Shown: positions 26,895-37,496 of the stretch, piece after piece
Numbering within the stretch: position 1 is the first letter of the stretch
Layout: each line of letters begins with the position of its first letter
Assembly (NCBI GenBank): GCA_035630595.1
Contig: DASQKJ010000057.1
Location: forward strand, 24,820 to 88,819
Length of the DNA stretch: 64,000 bases
Direction: 5' to 3'
From: Methyloceanibacter sp.
GTDB lineage: Bacteria > Pseudomonadota > Alphaproteobacteria > Rhizobiales > Methyloligellaceae
Program-made: the position numbers and the translations under genes
Notes under the pieces: model-generated
Seen by the model: only the letters and a program-made list of their open reading frames with translations
What the model was told of the DNA's origin: nothing
Databases searched by the model: none

Positions 26895-28832
26895 CTAGAC
26901 CGCGGCGGCGGCTTGCTGCGGTTTGGCGCGCGATTCTTTCGACGGCTCGAGAGGCACGTTGAATTCGACATAGAGGCCAGTCGGCCTGAACTCCAGCTTG
27001 GTCTCTCCGCCGAGATTGTGGCGGATGCCCTTGTCGATGAGCTGCATGCCAAAGCCGCCGCCGGTGCGCCTGGCCGGAATCGGTTGCACGCTGGCCGCAC
27101 GCTCCTCCCAAGTCAGCACCAGCCGGTTGCCCCGCGTCGTCTTCCAACTTACGCCGAGTTGACCCGTATTCGAGGACAGGGCGCCGTATTTGACGGCGTT
27201 GGTGGCGAGCTCGTGCAAGGTCATGGCGATGATCGAGGTGCATTGCGGCGGGAGCAGCACGTCGGGGCCCTTGATCATGACCTTCGGGCCGCCATCCCGC
27301 CGGTAAGGCTCAAGCTCACGCTCGACCATGGATTTGAGGCTCGCTCCGGACCATTGCGACTCCAGCAGGAGGTCGTGCGCGCGATGCAGCGCCTGGAGCC
27401 GCTCGGCCAGCGTCTGGGCCATGGCCTGGGCCGGACGCGAGGTCGCCTGGCGCAAGCTCGCCTGCACCAGCGACTGCACGATGGCGAGTGCGTTCTTGAC
27501 TCGGTGATTGAGCTCGCCCACCAGCATCGACTGGCGCTGGGCGGTGCGCCGGCGCTCGGTAACATCGCGGAAAATGAGCACAGCGCCGGCGAGCGAGCCG
27601 TCATAGCCGACAATCGGCGCGCCGCAATGCTCTACCGGTAGTTCCTGCTTGTCGCGAGTGACGAGCAGCGCTCCCGATTCGAACCGCGTCAGCGCGCGTT
27701 CGCGCAACGCCTTGAGCGCCGGATCGTCGACAGGCTTGCGCGAGTTTTCGTTGATGACGCGAAACACCTCCCAGATCGGCCGCCCGCGCGCCTCCGGACC
27801 CGACCAGCCGGTCATCTGCTCGGCGATCTTGTTGAGCAGGAGCACGCTGCCGTTCGGGTCGGTGGCGATCACGCCGTCGCCGATGCTGGCCAGCGTCGTG
27901 CTCAGCCATTCGCGCTGGCCGCGCAGCTCCATCAGCGCTGCGTTGCGGTCGCGATCGGCGCGACGCACGGCCCCGATCGTGGTCCAGGCGAACAGTGCGA
28001 GCACCAGGATGCTGGCCACGGCAAAAATCGCCAGCGTCGCCGCGCTGTCGTAATAGGTGCGGCTTTCCGCCTGATGCGCGAACCAGCCGATGACCAGCGG
28101 CAAGACGACGATGCCGGGCAGGAGCCTTCGCAACATCTCGCCGGCAGGCGATTGCTCGACGATGGCCGCGGCGATGCCGTATTCGGGAGAGGCCGCAAGC
28201 AGACCGAGCGCCAGCAGGAAGCCGCAGATCGCGCCGGTGATCGACATCTCCGTGAACGGGAAGGGATAGTAGTAGGTGGCCACGCCATAGGCGTAGCCCG
28301 CGAGCACGATCAGCACCTGCGCCAGCATGATGAGGGCGAGGATCTGGCTGAAGGCTGATGAGATCCCGCCCTGCTTGGCATAGAGCAGCGCCAGGCCGAA
28401 CAGGATCAGCAATCCGGTAATCCCCGGCGCCACGTTCAACCGGCCGCCCTGGGCCGTGCCAGCCGCCACGCCGTCGCCGCGAATGAGCGCCTGGTCGAGA
28501 CCGAGATTGAAGCCGAACAGGTCCTGACTCAGGATGGCAAGACCCAGCACTACGAGGGCAAAACCGATCACCCGCGCCAGGGGGCGGATCGTCCTGAAGG
28601 TGAAGCAGAACAGACCGACCGACGCGGCAATGAATCCCACCGCGGTGGCCGGAGTCATGCTGGCGAGCCCCGGCGCGGCTTCGGTCTGACCTGGCCCGCT
28701 GAACTGCCAAGCGAAGAGGATCAGCGCGCCGATCGTCGCGACGATAAAGGCGACCAAGCGCGCCGCGAGCAGCGACATACGCTCCGCGCGCGGCGCAGGC
28801 AGCGCCATCCTTACTGAAACTTCAGCCGCCAC
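26895..28832 (-). CDS. Membrane-bound PAS-containing HWE-family histidine kinase
   Basis: Multi-TM N-terminus, PAS (SIGDGVIATD..N..AEQMTGW), ELNHRVKN, LHELATNAVKYGALS, WEE and GFG motifs. Confidence 0.9.
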   Translation of the reverse strand: MAAEVSVRMALPAPRAERMSLLAARLVAFIVATIGALILFAWQFSGPGQTEAAPGLASMTPATAVGFIAASVGLFCFTFRTIRPLARVIGFALVVLGLAILSQDLFGFNLGLDQALIRGDGVAAGTAQGGRLNVAPGITGLLILFGLALLYAKQGGISSAFSQILALIMLAQVLIVLAGYAYGVATYYYPFPFTEMSITGAICGFLLALGLLAASPEYGIAAAIVEQSPAGEMLRRLLPGIVVLPLVIGWFAHQAESRTYYDSAATLAIFAVASILVLALFAWTTIGAVRRADRDRNAALMELRGQREWLSTTLASIGDGVIATDPNGSVLLLNKIAEQMTGWSGPEARGRPIWEVFRVINENSRKPVDDPALKALRERALTRFESGALLVTRDKQELPVEHCGAPIVGYDGSLAGAVLIFRDVTERRRTAQRQSMLVGELNHRVKNALAIVQSLVQASLRQATSRPAQAMAQTLAERLQALHRAHDLLLESQWSGASLKSMVERELEPYRRDGGPKVMIKGPDVLLPPQCTSIIAMTLHELATNAVKYGALSSNTGQLGVSWKTTRGNRLVLTWEERAASVQPIPARRTGGGFGMQLIDKGIRHNLGGETKLEFRPTGLYVEFNVPLEPSKESRAKPQQAAAAV

Positions 28833-29038
28833 TCGCCTTCCTCACCCAAGTTCACGGAAATCAAGCCGGACCCTTTGGGCGCTCCTCGGCAGAAGGTCGC
28901 AACGCATGCGAACGAGCGCGTTCTCCCACCCTGAGCGTGTTATAGCGTAGCCCCCTTAGAGCCGGTAGGACATTCGGCGCCGGTGTCCCCGTTCCCGGGG
29001 ATCCGCGTCGCCATGTGCCGTCGACAGGAGAAGAGAGC

Positions 29039-30466
29039 ATGCCTCACGACCGAGGTGCCAGAAGCAAGCCCCCAACTTCCGCGCGCATCGAGACCGATTC
29101 GCTTGGCGAGATTGAGGTGGTCCAGGACCGCTATTGGGGCGCTCAGACCGAGCGTTCGCGCCGGAATTTCAAGATCGGCGAGGAATCGATGCCGAAGCCG
29201 ATGATCCGCGCCATCGGCATGGTCAAGAAGGCAGCCGCGCTCACCAACCGCGAGATCGGCCTGCTCGAAGAGAGTCTGGCCAATGCGATCGCAACCGCAG
29301 CCGACGAAGTGATTGAAGGCAAGCTCGATCCGCATTTTCCCCTGGTCGTCTGGCAAACCGGCTCGGGAACCCAGAGCAACATGAACGTCAATGAAGTCAT
29401 CGCCAACCGCGCGAGCGAATTGCTCGGCGGGGCTTTGGGTTCAAAACGTCCGGTTCACCCCAATGATCACGTCAATCTCGGTCAATCCTCCAACGATGTC
29501 TTTCCCACGGCTATGCATATTGCCGCGGCTTGTGAAATCGCCTACCGGCTCAACCCCGCGCTTGCCCAGCTATACCAAGCATTCAAGGATAAAGCTGAGG
29601 CGTTTCAGGACATCCTCAAGATCGGCCGCACCCACCTGCAAGACGCTACTCCCCTGACACTAGGGCAGGAATTCGGCGGCTATGCGGCGCAGGTCGATCA
29701 CGGCATCGAACGCATCAAGCTGACGCTGCACGGGCTCTATGAGCTCGCCCAGGGCGGCACGGCGGTCGGTACCGGGCTCAACACCAGCCCGCTCTTCGCC
29801 GAGGCCTTCGCCGCGAACATCGCCCAAATGACCAAGCTCCCTTTTGTCAGCGCCGAAAACAAGTTCGAGGCGCTCGCCGCACACGACGCCTTCGTGTTCG
29901 CTCATGGCGCACTCAACACGGTGGCCGTATCGCTGTTCAAGATCGCCAGCGACATCAGGCTGCTGGGCTCGGGCCCCCGCTCCGGATTCGGCGAGCTGAT
30001 CTTGCCGGAGAACGAGCCGGGCTCATCGATCATGCCGGGCAAGGTGAACCCCACCCAATGCGAGGCGGTGACCATGGTCGCGGTCAAGGTCATGGGCAAC
30101 AACGCGACGATCACCTTCGCCGGCAGCCAGGGGCATCTCGAGCTCAACGTGTTCAAGCCGCTGATTGCCTACACCATGCTCCAATCGATCAGGCTGCTCA
30201 CGGACGTCGCCGACAGCTTCCGCGAGAACTGCATCATCGGCATCGAGCCCGACCGGGAATGCATCAAGGAGCATCTGGAGAATTCGCTCATGCTGGTGAC
30301 GGCGCTTGCCCCGCATATCGGCTACGACAAGGCGAGCGAGATCGCCAAGGCCGCGCATAAGCGTGGCACCACGCTGCGCGAGGAGGCGGTGCGGCTCGGC
30401 CATGTGCGCGCCGAGGAGTTCGACCGCCTGGTCAGGCCCGAGGACATGGTCGGTCCGAAGCGGTAG
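29039..30466 (+). CDS. fumC: Class II fumarate hydratase
   Basis: [22 protein letters not shown] and [13 protein letters not shown] motifs; AGGAG RBS. Confidence 0.96.
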   Translation: MPHDRGARSKPPTSARIETDSLGEIEVVQDRYWGAQTERSRRNFKIGEESMPKPMIRAIGMVKKAAALTNREIGLLEESLANAIATAADEVIEGKLDPHFPLVVWQTGSGTQSNMNVNEVIANRASELLGGALGSKRPVHPNDHVNLGQSSNDVFPTAMHIAAACEIAYRLNPALAQLYQAFKDKAEAFQDILKIGRTHLQDATPLTLGQEFGGYAAQVDHGIERIKLTLHGLYELAQGGTAVGTGLNTSPLFAEAFAANIAQMTKLPFVSAENKFEALAAHDAFVFAHGALNTVAVSLFKIASDIRLLGSGPRSGFGELILPENEPGSSIMPGKVNPTQCEAVTMVAVKVMGNNATITFAGSQGHLELNVFKPLIAYTMLQSIRLLTDVADSFRENCIIGIEPDRECIKEHLENSLMLVTALAPHIGYDKASEIAKAAHKRGTTLREEAVRLGHVRAEEFDRLVRPEDMVGPKR

Positions 30467-30474
30467 GCTTTGCT

Positions 30475-30711
30475 GTGGCGCGGCTAGACAACAAACGCTC
30501 GTTGACCATCGCGCGGCATCGCACCTCCGTGTCGCTAGAAGACGATTTCTGGGAGGCGCTCGGAGACTACGCCCGCGCCGACGGCAAATCGGTGGCCGCG
30601 CTGATCGGCGAGATCGATCAACGGCGAAGCCGAAGGCAAGGCCCACAGCCCGGCCTGTCGGCGGCGATCAGGCTCTATGTGCTGGAACGGATGAAGCAGA
30701 AAAAGTCCTAG
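30475..30711 (+). CDS. Ribbon-helix-helix (RHH_4 type) DNA-binding protein
   Basis: KRSLTIARHRTSVSLEDDFW..LSAAIRLYVL pattern. Confidence 0.85.
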   Translation: MARLDNKRSLTIARHRTSVSLEDDFWEALGDYARADGKSVAALIGEIDQRRSRRQGPQPGLSAAIRLYVLERMKQKKS

Positions 30712-33700
30712 CCGCCGCCGAGCACACCGATGCCCTTGCGCCAGTCGTCGGGCGCTTCCCTTCGCTTCTGCACGGTCGGCCGCTTGCGGCGCTTGGCCGG
30801 CCGCGATGCCGGTGGGGCCTGCACCGCGGCCTCAGGCTCCGCCCGTTCGGAGGGCGCCGCGTGTGGCGGTGTCTCTGAGGCCGTCGAAGGCTCCGCCGGC
30901 GCGGGAGGAAGGGTGGCGGCGCGCGCGGCCTCTTCCGCCTTGGCCTTCTCTTCGGCCAAGGCCGCTTCCCTGGCCTCCTCCGCCTCGATCAGCTCCATGG
31001 CGGAGGGCATCGCCCTGGCGAGGGGCGCAACCTGCGCCATCTCGCGATCGCGCGGCGTGACCTCCGCGGCAGACGACAGCGGCTCCGGCTCAGCGGGAAG
31101 CGCCTCGGCTGCCGGGAAATCCATTTCCGGGTCCAACGTCTGTTCCGGAACGGCGGAGGTCTGCTCTTCGTCCGCTTCGGCTTCGCCGGTCTGGGTGCGG
31201 CCGCTCACGTCGAGTGTCTCCAGACGCTCGACGTCCTGCTGCATGCGGCGCATAGTTAGATAAGCCTCGATCGCCGCGGTATCGACGGCAGGCGAGACCT
31301 CGTTCGCGCGGTTGAGCATGCCGGTGAAGACCAGGCTGACCGGCGGAACGTCGCCGGCGCCTGCAAGGCTCACCGTCCACTCGCTGTCGAACTTCAGGGT
31401 GGCAAGCTCAAGATAGGCGTTCACCTTGGCCTCGGCGCCGTGGCCCGCGAGCACCGCCGGGGCGAACCGCAAGGTGCCGTTCTTGACGTCGAAGGTGAAT
31501 GTCGCCGGCGCATATTGATAGGTGCCCTTGGTGATGGTCTCGCGCACGGCGCCGGCTTCGGTGGCGATCTCTTCCCGGTCGGCGGTGATGGCCCGTTTGG
31601 CGGCAGTCGCGGCCACACGGCGCAGCGGCGCAGAGGACAGCGACTGGAGGACGCCCGCGCCAAGCGCAAGCGTCCCCTCCCCGCTCAGCCCTGCGACCAA
31701 GCCCGGCGGGCTCAAGCCCTCGCCCTGAACGGTGAAAGCAAGGTCGAACGGTCCCTTGGCGAGCCCGGACCCGGCAACGCTCGTGGCCAGCTGTTCCAGC
31801 CTCCCACCTTTCAGTTCGGCCTGCGCGGCAAGCTCGGCGCCGTTGCCCCGCGGCGACAAGGTCCCGGTGGCTGCAAGTTCACCGCCGAACAGTTGCCCTT
31901 TGAGTTCGGTCACCGACAGCCCGTCCTTGCCGACCGACGCAATCAGCGTGGCATCTTGCACCTGCACGGCCGAGCCGAGGGCGAGCGTGCTGGCCTTGAG
32001 GCTGATCTCGCCTTCCGCCGTCTCGATCGGGCCAAGCGAGAACCCGCGCGACGGCCATAGGTCGGAGGCGCCTGCGCCGATTGCGCCCAGCAACTCTTCG
32101 GTCGAAGGTGTGCGCTGCCAAGCCACGAGCCCGCCGAGCAACGATGGCAGCGACACGCTGCCGGCGCTCGCGGAGAGCGCGAAGCGCGGCTTGGCCTCGC
32201 CGCGATCGAATTGCGCGCTGCCCTCGACGGCCTCGCCGGCGATCGAGCCGCGGATGGAATTGAGCTCGATAACAGAACCTTGCTTGGCAATGTCGAACAG
32301 CAATTGCAGCGGAACGCCGGCGGCACTGGGCGGTGCTTCGAAACCGGTCAGCACGAACGCCGCGCCGGCATCCTGGCTCACCACGGCACCCTTGCCGGTG
32401 AAGGAGGCGCCGCTGTCCTGCAGGGACCCCTGCCCACTAAAGGCGATCCCGACCGCTTCGGTCTCCAGCGCCACCTTACCGGTGACCTTGCTGTTCGGCA
32501 CGCCGGCGAGCTTCGCCGTGAGCTTGCCCCGGCTCCGAACGGTCTCGGCAAGCCGCTCCACCGGCAGATCGGGAAACAGCAGCACGAGTACGGCATGCGG
32601 ACGCTCGCCCATGACGCTGCCGTCGATGTCTATGGTCGCGGCGGCGGGTTTGGCGGGATCGCCGAGCGCGCTGGCAACCACGGCGATGTCGGAGCCTCCC
32701 GCGCTGCCTTTCACCTCGATGGCGGCTTGGCTCGCCCCGCCCTGACGGGAAGCATCGAAGCTTACGCGCACGTCAAGCGGCGCTAAAGCCGACAAATGCT
32801 CCGATCCGCTCACAGCTTCGGGGAGGCCGAACAACTCCGCGGCGATGCGCAAGCTGTCCGCGGTCGCGGCTTGCAGGGCAAAATCGGCGCGGCCGGAAGG
32901 CGCTTCGCTCAAGCGCTCAATGCGGCCCTGAGCGTTAAGCGTAAGCGCTCCAGCGGCAGCGAAATCGAGCTGGCCGATCTCCAGCGCATCACCCAGAAGC
33001 GCGAAGCGCGCATCGAGCTTGCCGGCAGGGATATTGGGAAGCAGAAGCTCGCCGACGCGCAACGTCACGCGCATATCGTCGCCGCGAAGCTCGCGCAGGA
33101 GACCCTGATCCGCGACAACCTCGGACGCAGGCGCGGCGGACGGCAGCCAGAATTGCCAAAGTGGCCCCTCGCCGAGCACCTCGCGCAAGTCGAGCCGGTC
33201 GCTATCCAGTTGAAGCTCGATCAGGCGGCGCTCGCCGCCTTGCAGGCGCAAGGCGCCGTTGAACCTGGTGCCGCTCAGCTCACCCGAAGCGTCGGCCAAA
33301 GCCAGCGCGCCGTCGCCGATCTTGGCGTTCGCCGTGAAGCTGAAGTCGCCGGACGAGGCTTGGCCCGACATGTCGCGGTCGCCGACGGCCCAGCGCGTGA
33401 GCGGCCGCAAGCCGGAACCCTCGATCTTGACCGGCCCGGCGAAGACCGGCCCGAACTCGCCGCGGCTCAACTGGCCCGACGTCTCGATGCGATTGTCGCC
33501 GGGCAGCACCGCCTTGAGCCGATCCACGCTGAGCACGCCCCCCTGCTTGGCAAGCGCAAGCTCCACGCCCCCCAGCAGGTCGCCGCCCAGACCCGCCTGC
33601 TCGACGGCAACGGTAAGTGTTCCCTCGCCGAAATCGCCGGCGACGCCGAGCAATTCCTCGGCAAGCAGATAGAGCACCGAAGCGGGCGAAGGGCGCGCCT

Positions 33701-34736
33701 CCGCGCCGGGCGCGGCGAACAGCGCATCGAGATCGATAAAGCCTGCGGTAAGCTCGCCTTTGGCTTCGAGCCGCTCGCCGAACTCGAGCGCGAGCTTTCC
33801 CTTGAAGAGCTGCGGATGGCCCTTGGCGTGCACGGTGAGATCGAATTCGGGGAGGTCGGCGCGGTCGGGAGTTGCCTTGAGCGGACCCTTCAACTCGAAG
33901 ATCGCGCTCTTGTCGCGCCGCGCGGTCTCCGCCTGCTGGGCTTCGCCGGCCGCCGCCTCTTCGGCATCGTCGGGCGCAGGCTGCATCTTCGCCGCACGCA
34001 CGACGATGGTGCCGTCATAGACCGGGGTACCGCCGAGCCCGCTCACGCCGCCGTCCAGCACATAGGAGGTGCCGCGGTCGAGATCGCGCAGCGCGGACTT
34101 GATGCGAAACAAGCCTTCCGCATCGGGCGCGCTGGTGGAGAATCGGAGCTCCTGCGGGCGCCCCTCGAACACATAGTTGGCGGAGACCTTGTACGGCCCT
34201 GACAGGGACTGGGAGCTCGCCTGTCCCTCGACCTGCTCCACGCTGAACTGCTCAACGCCCTGCTTGGCGATCTCGATCCTGCCGCCGCTGAAGCTGACCT
34301 CGTCAAGCATCACGCCCTTCGGCGCGAAGGGAAGCGCCACGCCGCGACGACCGACATCGCTCCAATTGCCGGTGCCGTCGGCCTTCACATCGAGACGCAA
34401 CACCGGATCGACGATGGCGAGCTTGCGCGCCTCGATGGTTCCGCTGAGCAGCGCGCCAATATTGAGCCAGGCTTCGAGCGAGCGGGCCTCGAGCAATGGA
34501 CGGTCGAAGCGGCCTTCCTGATCGGCCACCTTGATGCCGTCGAATCTGAGTTCCGGCGCCGGCAGCAGGACGAGGTGAACTTCGCCGTCCACCTTCACTT
34601 CGCGGCCAAGCAGATTAGACGCTTGGGTTTCGAAGACTGCGCGATAGTTGTTCCAGTCGATGAACAGCGGCGCGGCAAACAGCGCGCTCAGCACAAGAAT
34701 CAGCAATGCTGTCAAAGTCAGCAGGAGCGAATTCAC
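30708..34736 (-). CDS. AsmA family protein
   Basis: N-terminal TM plus APLFIDWNNYR..LGREV..LLPAP AsmA start; long beta-rich body; acidic Pro/Ala-rich tail. Confidence 0.85.
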   Translation of the reverse strand: MNSLLLTLTALLILVLSALFAAPLFIDWNNYRAVFETQASNLLGREVKVDGEVHLVLLPAPELRFDGIKVADQEGRFDRPLLEARSLEAWLNIGALLSGTIEARKLAIVDPVLRLDVKADGTGNWSDVGRRGVALPFAPKGVMLDEVSFSGGRIEIAKQGVEQFSVEQVEGQASSQSLSGPYKVSANYVFEGRPQELRFSTSAPDAEGLFRIKSALRDLDRGTSYVLDGGVSGLGGTPVYDGTIVVRAAKMQPAPDDAEEAAAGEAQQAETARRDKSAIFELKGPLKATPDRADLPEFDLTVHAKGHPQLFKGKLALEFGERLEAKGELTAGFIDLDALFAAPGAEARPSPASVLYLLAEELLGVAGDFGEGTLTVAVEQAGLGGDLLGGVELALAKQGGVLSVDRLKAVLPGDNRIETSGQLSRGEFGPVFAGPVKIEGSGLRPLTRWAVGDRDMSGQASSGDFSFTANAKIGDGALALADASGELSGTRFNGALRLQGGERRLIELQLDSDRLDLREVLGEGPLWQFWLPSAAPASEVVADQGLLRELRGDDMRVTLRVGELLLPNIPAGKLDARFALLGDALEIGQLDFAAAGALTLNAQGRIERLSEAPSGRADFALQAATADSLRIAAELFGLPEAVSGSEHLSALAPLDVRVSFDASRQGGASQAAIEVKGSAGGSDIAVVASALGDPAKPAAATIDIDGSVMGERPHAVLVLLFPDLPVERLAETVRSRGKLTAKLAGVPNSKVTGKVALETEAVGIAFSGQGSLQDSGASFTGKGAVVSQDAGAAFVLTGFEAPPSAAGVPLQLLFDIAKQGSVIELNSIRGSIAGEAVEGSAQFDRGEAKPRFALSASAGSVSLPSLLGGLVAWQRTPSTEELLGAIGAGASDLWPSRGFSLGPIETAEGEISLKASTLALGSAVQVQDATLIASVGKDGLSVTELKGQLFGGELAATGTLSPRGNGAELAAQAELKGGRLEQLATSVAGSGLAKGPFDLAFTVQGEGLSPPGLVAGLSGEGTLALGAGVLQSLSSAPLRRVAATAAKRAITADREEIATEAGAVRETITKGTYQYAPATFTFDVKNGTLRFAPAVLAGHGAEAKVNAYLELATLKFDSEWTVSLAGAGDVPPVSLVFTGMLNRANEVSPAVDTAAIEAYLTMRRMQQDVERLETLDVSGRTQTGEAEADEEQTSAVPEQTLDPEMDFPAAEALPAEPEPLSSAAEVTPRDREMAQVAPLARAMPSAMELIEAEEAREAALAEEKAKAEEAARAATLPPAPAEPSTASETPPHAAPSERAEPEAAVQAPPASRPAKRRKRPTVQKRREAPDDWRKGIGVLGGG

Positions 34737-34811
34737 CGCCGTCCAGACCCAAGGTTCAGTTGCGCCTCGATGAAGCCAGGCGCCGAGGACCCCGGCCCCC
34801 CGTAACGCGCC

Positions 34812-36227
34812 TCATGGTAACGCAAAAATCTTGCCAGGATTGAGGATATTCAACGGATCGAGCGCCTTTTTTATGGCAACCATCGCCCGAACGCCTGCTC
34901 CGTGCTCGGCGGCGAGATAGTTAATCTTGCCCTGGCCGATGCCATGCTCGCCGGTGCAGGTGCCGCCGAAGGCGAGCGCGCGTTCGATCAGCCGGTCGAG
35001 GAAAGCTTGCACCTTTGCCCGCTCTTCGGGATCGCCGGCCTCGATCAGCGGCATGACGTGGAAATTGCCGTCCCCGACATGGCCGACGATCGGGGCGAGC
35101 AGGCCCAAGCGGTCGATGTCCTGGCGCGTTGCCGTTACGCAGGCTGCAAGCATCGAGATCGGCACGCAGACATCGGTCGAGATCAAGTCGGCGCCTGGCC
35201 GCAATCCCCGCGCGGCCCAATAGGCGTCGTGGCGTGCCTGCCAGAGCTTGGTCCGGTCCTCGGGACGTTCGGCCCAGCGGTAGTCTCCTCCCCCTTCGGC
35301 GCGCGCAATCTCGGCAAAGGCTTCGACTTGCTCGCGCGTCCCCGCCGGCGTGCCGTGAAATTCCAGGAACAGATGCGGCGTCTCGGGAAGATCGAGCTGC
35401 GAATAGGCATTGCAGGCGCGGATCTGCACCTCGTCGAGAAGTTCGATGCGGGCGAGCGGAAGGCCGATTTGCAGCGCGGCGATGGTGGCGTTACAGGCGC
35501 CTTCGATCGAGCCGAAGGGACAGACCGCTGCGAGAATCGTCTCGGGGATGCCATAGAGCTTCAAGGTGAGGCGCGTGATGATGCCGAGCGTGCCTTCCGA
35601 CCCGACCAGCAAACGGGTGAGATCGTAGCCGGCGGAAGATTTGCGCGCCCGGCCGCCGGCCTGGACCACGCTGCCGTCGGCCAGCACCGCGCTGAGGCCG
35701 AGCACCGCGTCGCGCATGGTGCCGTAACGCACGGCGTTGGTGCCGGATGCGCGCGTCGCCGCCATGCCGCCGAGGCTCGCATCGGCGCCGGGGTCGACGG
35801 GGAAGAACAGTCCCGATCCACGCAGATGCTCATTGAGCGCCTTGCGCGTGACGCCGGGCTCGACCACGCAATCGAGATCGGCGTCGTGCACGGCGACGAT
35901 GCGGTTCATGCGGGAGAGATCGAGCGACACGCCGCCCAACGGCGCGTTGACATGCCCCTCGAGCGAGGTGCCGGTGCCGAACGGGATGACCGGCACGCGC
36001 GCCTCGGCGCAGAGCCGGACCACCTCGGACACCTCAGTCTCGGTCTCGGCGAACAGCACCGCATCGGGTGGCTCGCATTTCAGCCAAGTCAGCGTATTTG
36101 CGTGCTGCTCGCGGAGCGCCTGGCTGAGCGAAAGACGCCCATCGAAGCGCGCGGCGAGCTTCGCCAGGAGAGCGCGCTTGCGCTGGCCGGCCGCGTGATC
36201 CTGAGCCCCTGCCATGACGGCGGTCAT
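34812..36227 (-). CDS. FAD-linked oxidase (D-lactate dehydrogenase/GlcD-like)
   Basis: PFGTGTSLEG, GSEGTLG, HVGDGNFH, GEHGIGQGK and LNPGK motifs. Confidence 0.92.
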   Translation of the reverse strand: MTAVMAGAQDHAAGQRKRALLAKLAARFDGRLSLSQALREQHANTLTWLKCEPPDAVLFAETETEVSEVVRLCAEARVPVIPFGTGTSLEGHVNAPLGGVSLDLSRMNRIVAVHDADLDCVVEPGVTRKALNEHLRGSGLFFPVDPGADASLGGMAATRASGTNAVRYGTMRDAVLGLSAVLADGSVVQAGGRARKSSAGYDLTRLLVGSEGTLGIITRLTLKLYGIPETILAAVCPFGSIEGACNATIAALQIGLPLARIELLDEVQIRACNAYSQLDLPETPHLFLEFHGTPAGTREQVEAFAEIARAEGGGDYRWAERPEDRTKLWQARHDAYWAARGLRPGADLISTDVCVPISMLAACVTATRQDIDRLGLLAPIVGHVGDGNFHVMPLIEAGDPEERAKVQAFLDRLIERALAFGGTCTGEHGIGQGKINYLAAEHGAGVRAMVAIKKALDPLNILNPGKIFALP

Positions 36228-36280
36228 GGCCCATCTTATAAGTGCTTCGCGTGGAAATGCTTAGGCTTTTCGGACCGCGA

Positions 36281-36943
36281 TCAGGCGGCGACAATCATAA
36301 TCACGGCCGCGTAGTGGACGCTCGCCGCCGACAGCACGAAGCCGTGCCAAATCGCATTCTGGTAGGGCAACCGCTCCCACAGATGGAACACGACGCCGAC
36401 GGTGTAGAGCACGCCGCCAAGCATGAGCAAGGTCAGCGCCCGGCCGGGCAGCGCCGTCATCAAGGGCTGCCACGCGGCGATCACCGCCCAGCCCTGCACC
36501 AGATAGAGCGCGGTGGAGAGCCCGTCCAGGAAACGCGGGGCGAACAGCTTGATGCCGATGCCGACGCCCGCCATCGCCCACACTACGGCGAGCAGGCCGA
36601 GCCCCCAGGGCGTGTTCATCTTGATCAGGATGAACGGCGTGTAGGTCCCAGCGATCATCAGGAAGATCGCGGCGTGATCGAAGCGGCGCAGCACCTCTTT
36701 GAGCTTGGGGCGGACCACCAGATTGTAGCCGGCCGAGCAGCCGAAGGTGGCGACCAGTGCAAGCCCGTAGATCGTCAGGCTCACCGCCCACAGCGCGGTC
36801 TCGGACTGGACGCCGATGATGAGTAGCGCGGTCAGCGCCACGAGACTGGCGGTGACGCCGAGGATATGTATGCAGCCGTCGGCGACACGCTCGTGAAGCG
36901 TGTAGCTCGGAAAGGCGGCGATGCTGGGCTTGATCCGGTCCAT
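36281..36943 (-). CDS. Hemolysin III / PAQR family membrane protein
   Basis: Seven TM segments; RRFDHAAIFLMIAGTYTP and IWHGFV motifs. Confidence 0.9.
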   Translation of the reverse strand: MDRIKPSIAAFPSYTLHERVADGCIHILGVTASLVALTALLIIGVQSETALWAVSLTIYGLALVATFGCSAGYNLVVRPKLKEVLRRFDHAAIFLMIAGTYTPFILIKMNTPWGLGLLAVVWAMAGVGIGIKLFAPRFLDGLSTALYLVQGWAVIAAWQPLMTALPGRALTLLMLGGVLYTVGVVFHLWERLPYQNAIWHGFVLSAASVHYAAVIMIVAA

Positions 36944-37055
36944 ATGGCTTTGACGCACGAACGCTGAGCAACGTTCGATCAGCTTACCACGCCTTATGGC
37001 GGGCATGAGGCGTCAACGCGTCCCATGTCGCACGGTCGCGACCGGATTTGCGCGC

Positions 37056-37087
37056 AAAGCAAAACGCCAGGGCGCAGGCCCTGGCGT
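37056..37087 (-). terminator. Intrinsic terminator downstream of the 37113-37496 gene
   Basis: Perfect 10-bp stem ACGCCAGGGC/GCCCTGGCGT with 4-nt loop, followed by TTTGCTTT on the minus strand. Confidence 0.75.
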
Positions 37088-37112
37088 CGATGTCAGACTC
37101 TGCTGAGCGACG

Positions 37113-37496
37113 TTAATTGCCGCAGACGGCCGAGCCCGTCGTGCAGACGAAGGGAACCACCACGCCGGTGAAGCAGGTGGTAAAGAAGCGCGAGGTGACG
37201 ATATCGGGCTTCAGCCTAGCCTCGGCGGGAACGCCGTCGGGGCGAACCGCCTTCCAGAACGGGTCGCCCTGCACCTTGCGCGCGCTGAGGGAGACGTAGC
37301 CCCAGCGCTTGGCGCGCTTCAACGCGGCAGCTTGTTCCAGCACAAGAGCCTGCGAGGCTCTCGCCGCATCCGCCTTCGAGCCGGCGCTATGGGTCGCCTT
37401 GATCAACTGGCATGCAGCCTGGGCGGGCTCGACCAGACAAAAGGAAAAAGCCGCAACGGCGAGCACAGCCAAACCCATCCTCAAAATATGAAGCAT
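37113..37496 (-). CDS. Hypothetical secreted protein with four mature-region cysteines
   Basis: Signal peptide ending AQA-A; GGAG-type RBS upstream; own terminator; codon usage fits the genome. Confidence 0.75.
   Translation of the reverse strand: MLHILRMGLAVLAVAAFSFCLVEPAQAACQLIKATHSAGSKADAARASQALVLEQAAALKRAKRWGYVSLSARKVQGDPFWKAVRPDGVPAEARLKPDIVTSRFFTTCFTGVVVPFVCTTGSAVCGN

Noticed and set aside
23503-28832. Genomic island integrated at ssrA
   Set aside because: No integrase, no duplicated tmRNA 3' end seen, no evident composition shift, and sspB directly follows ssrA
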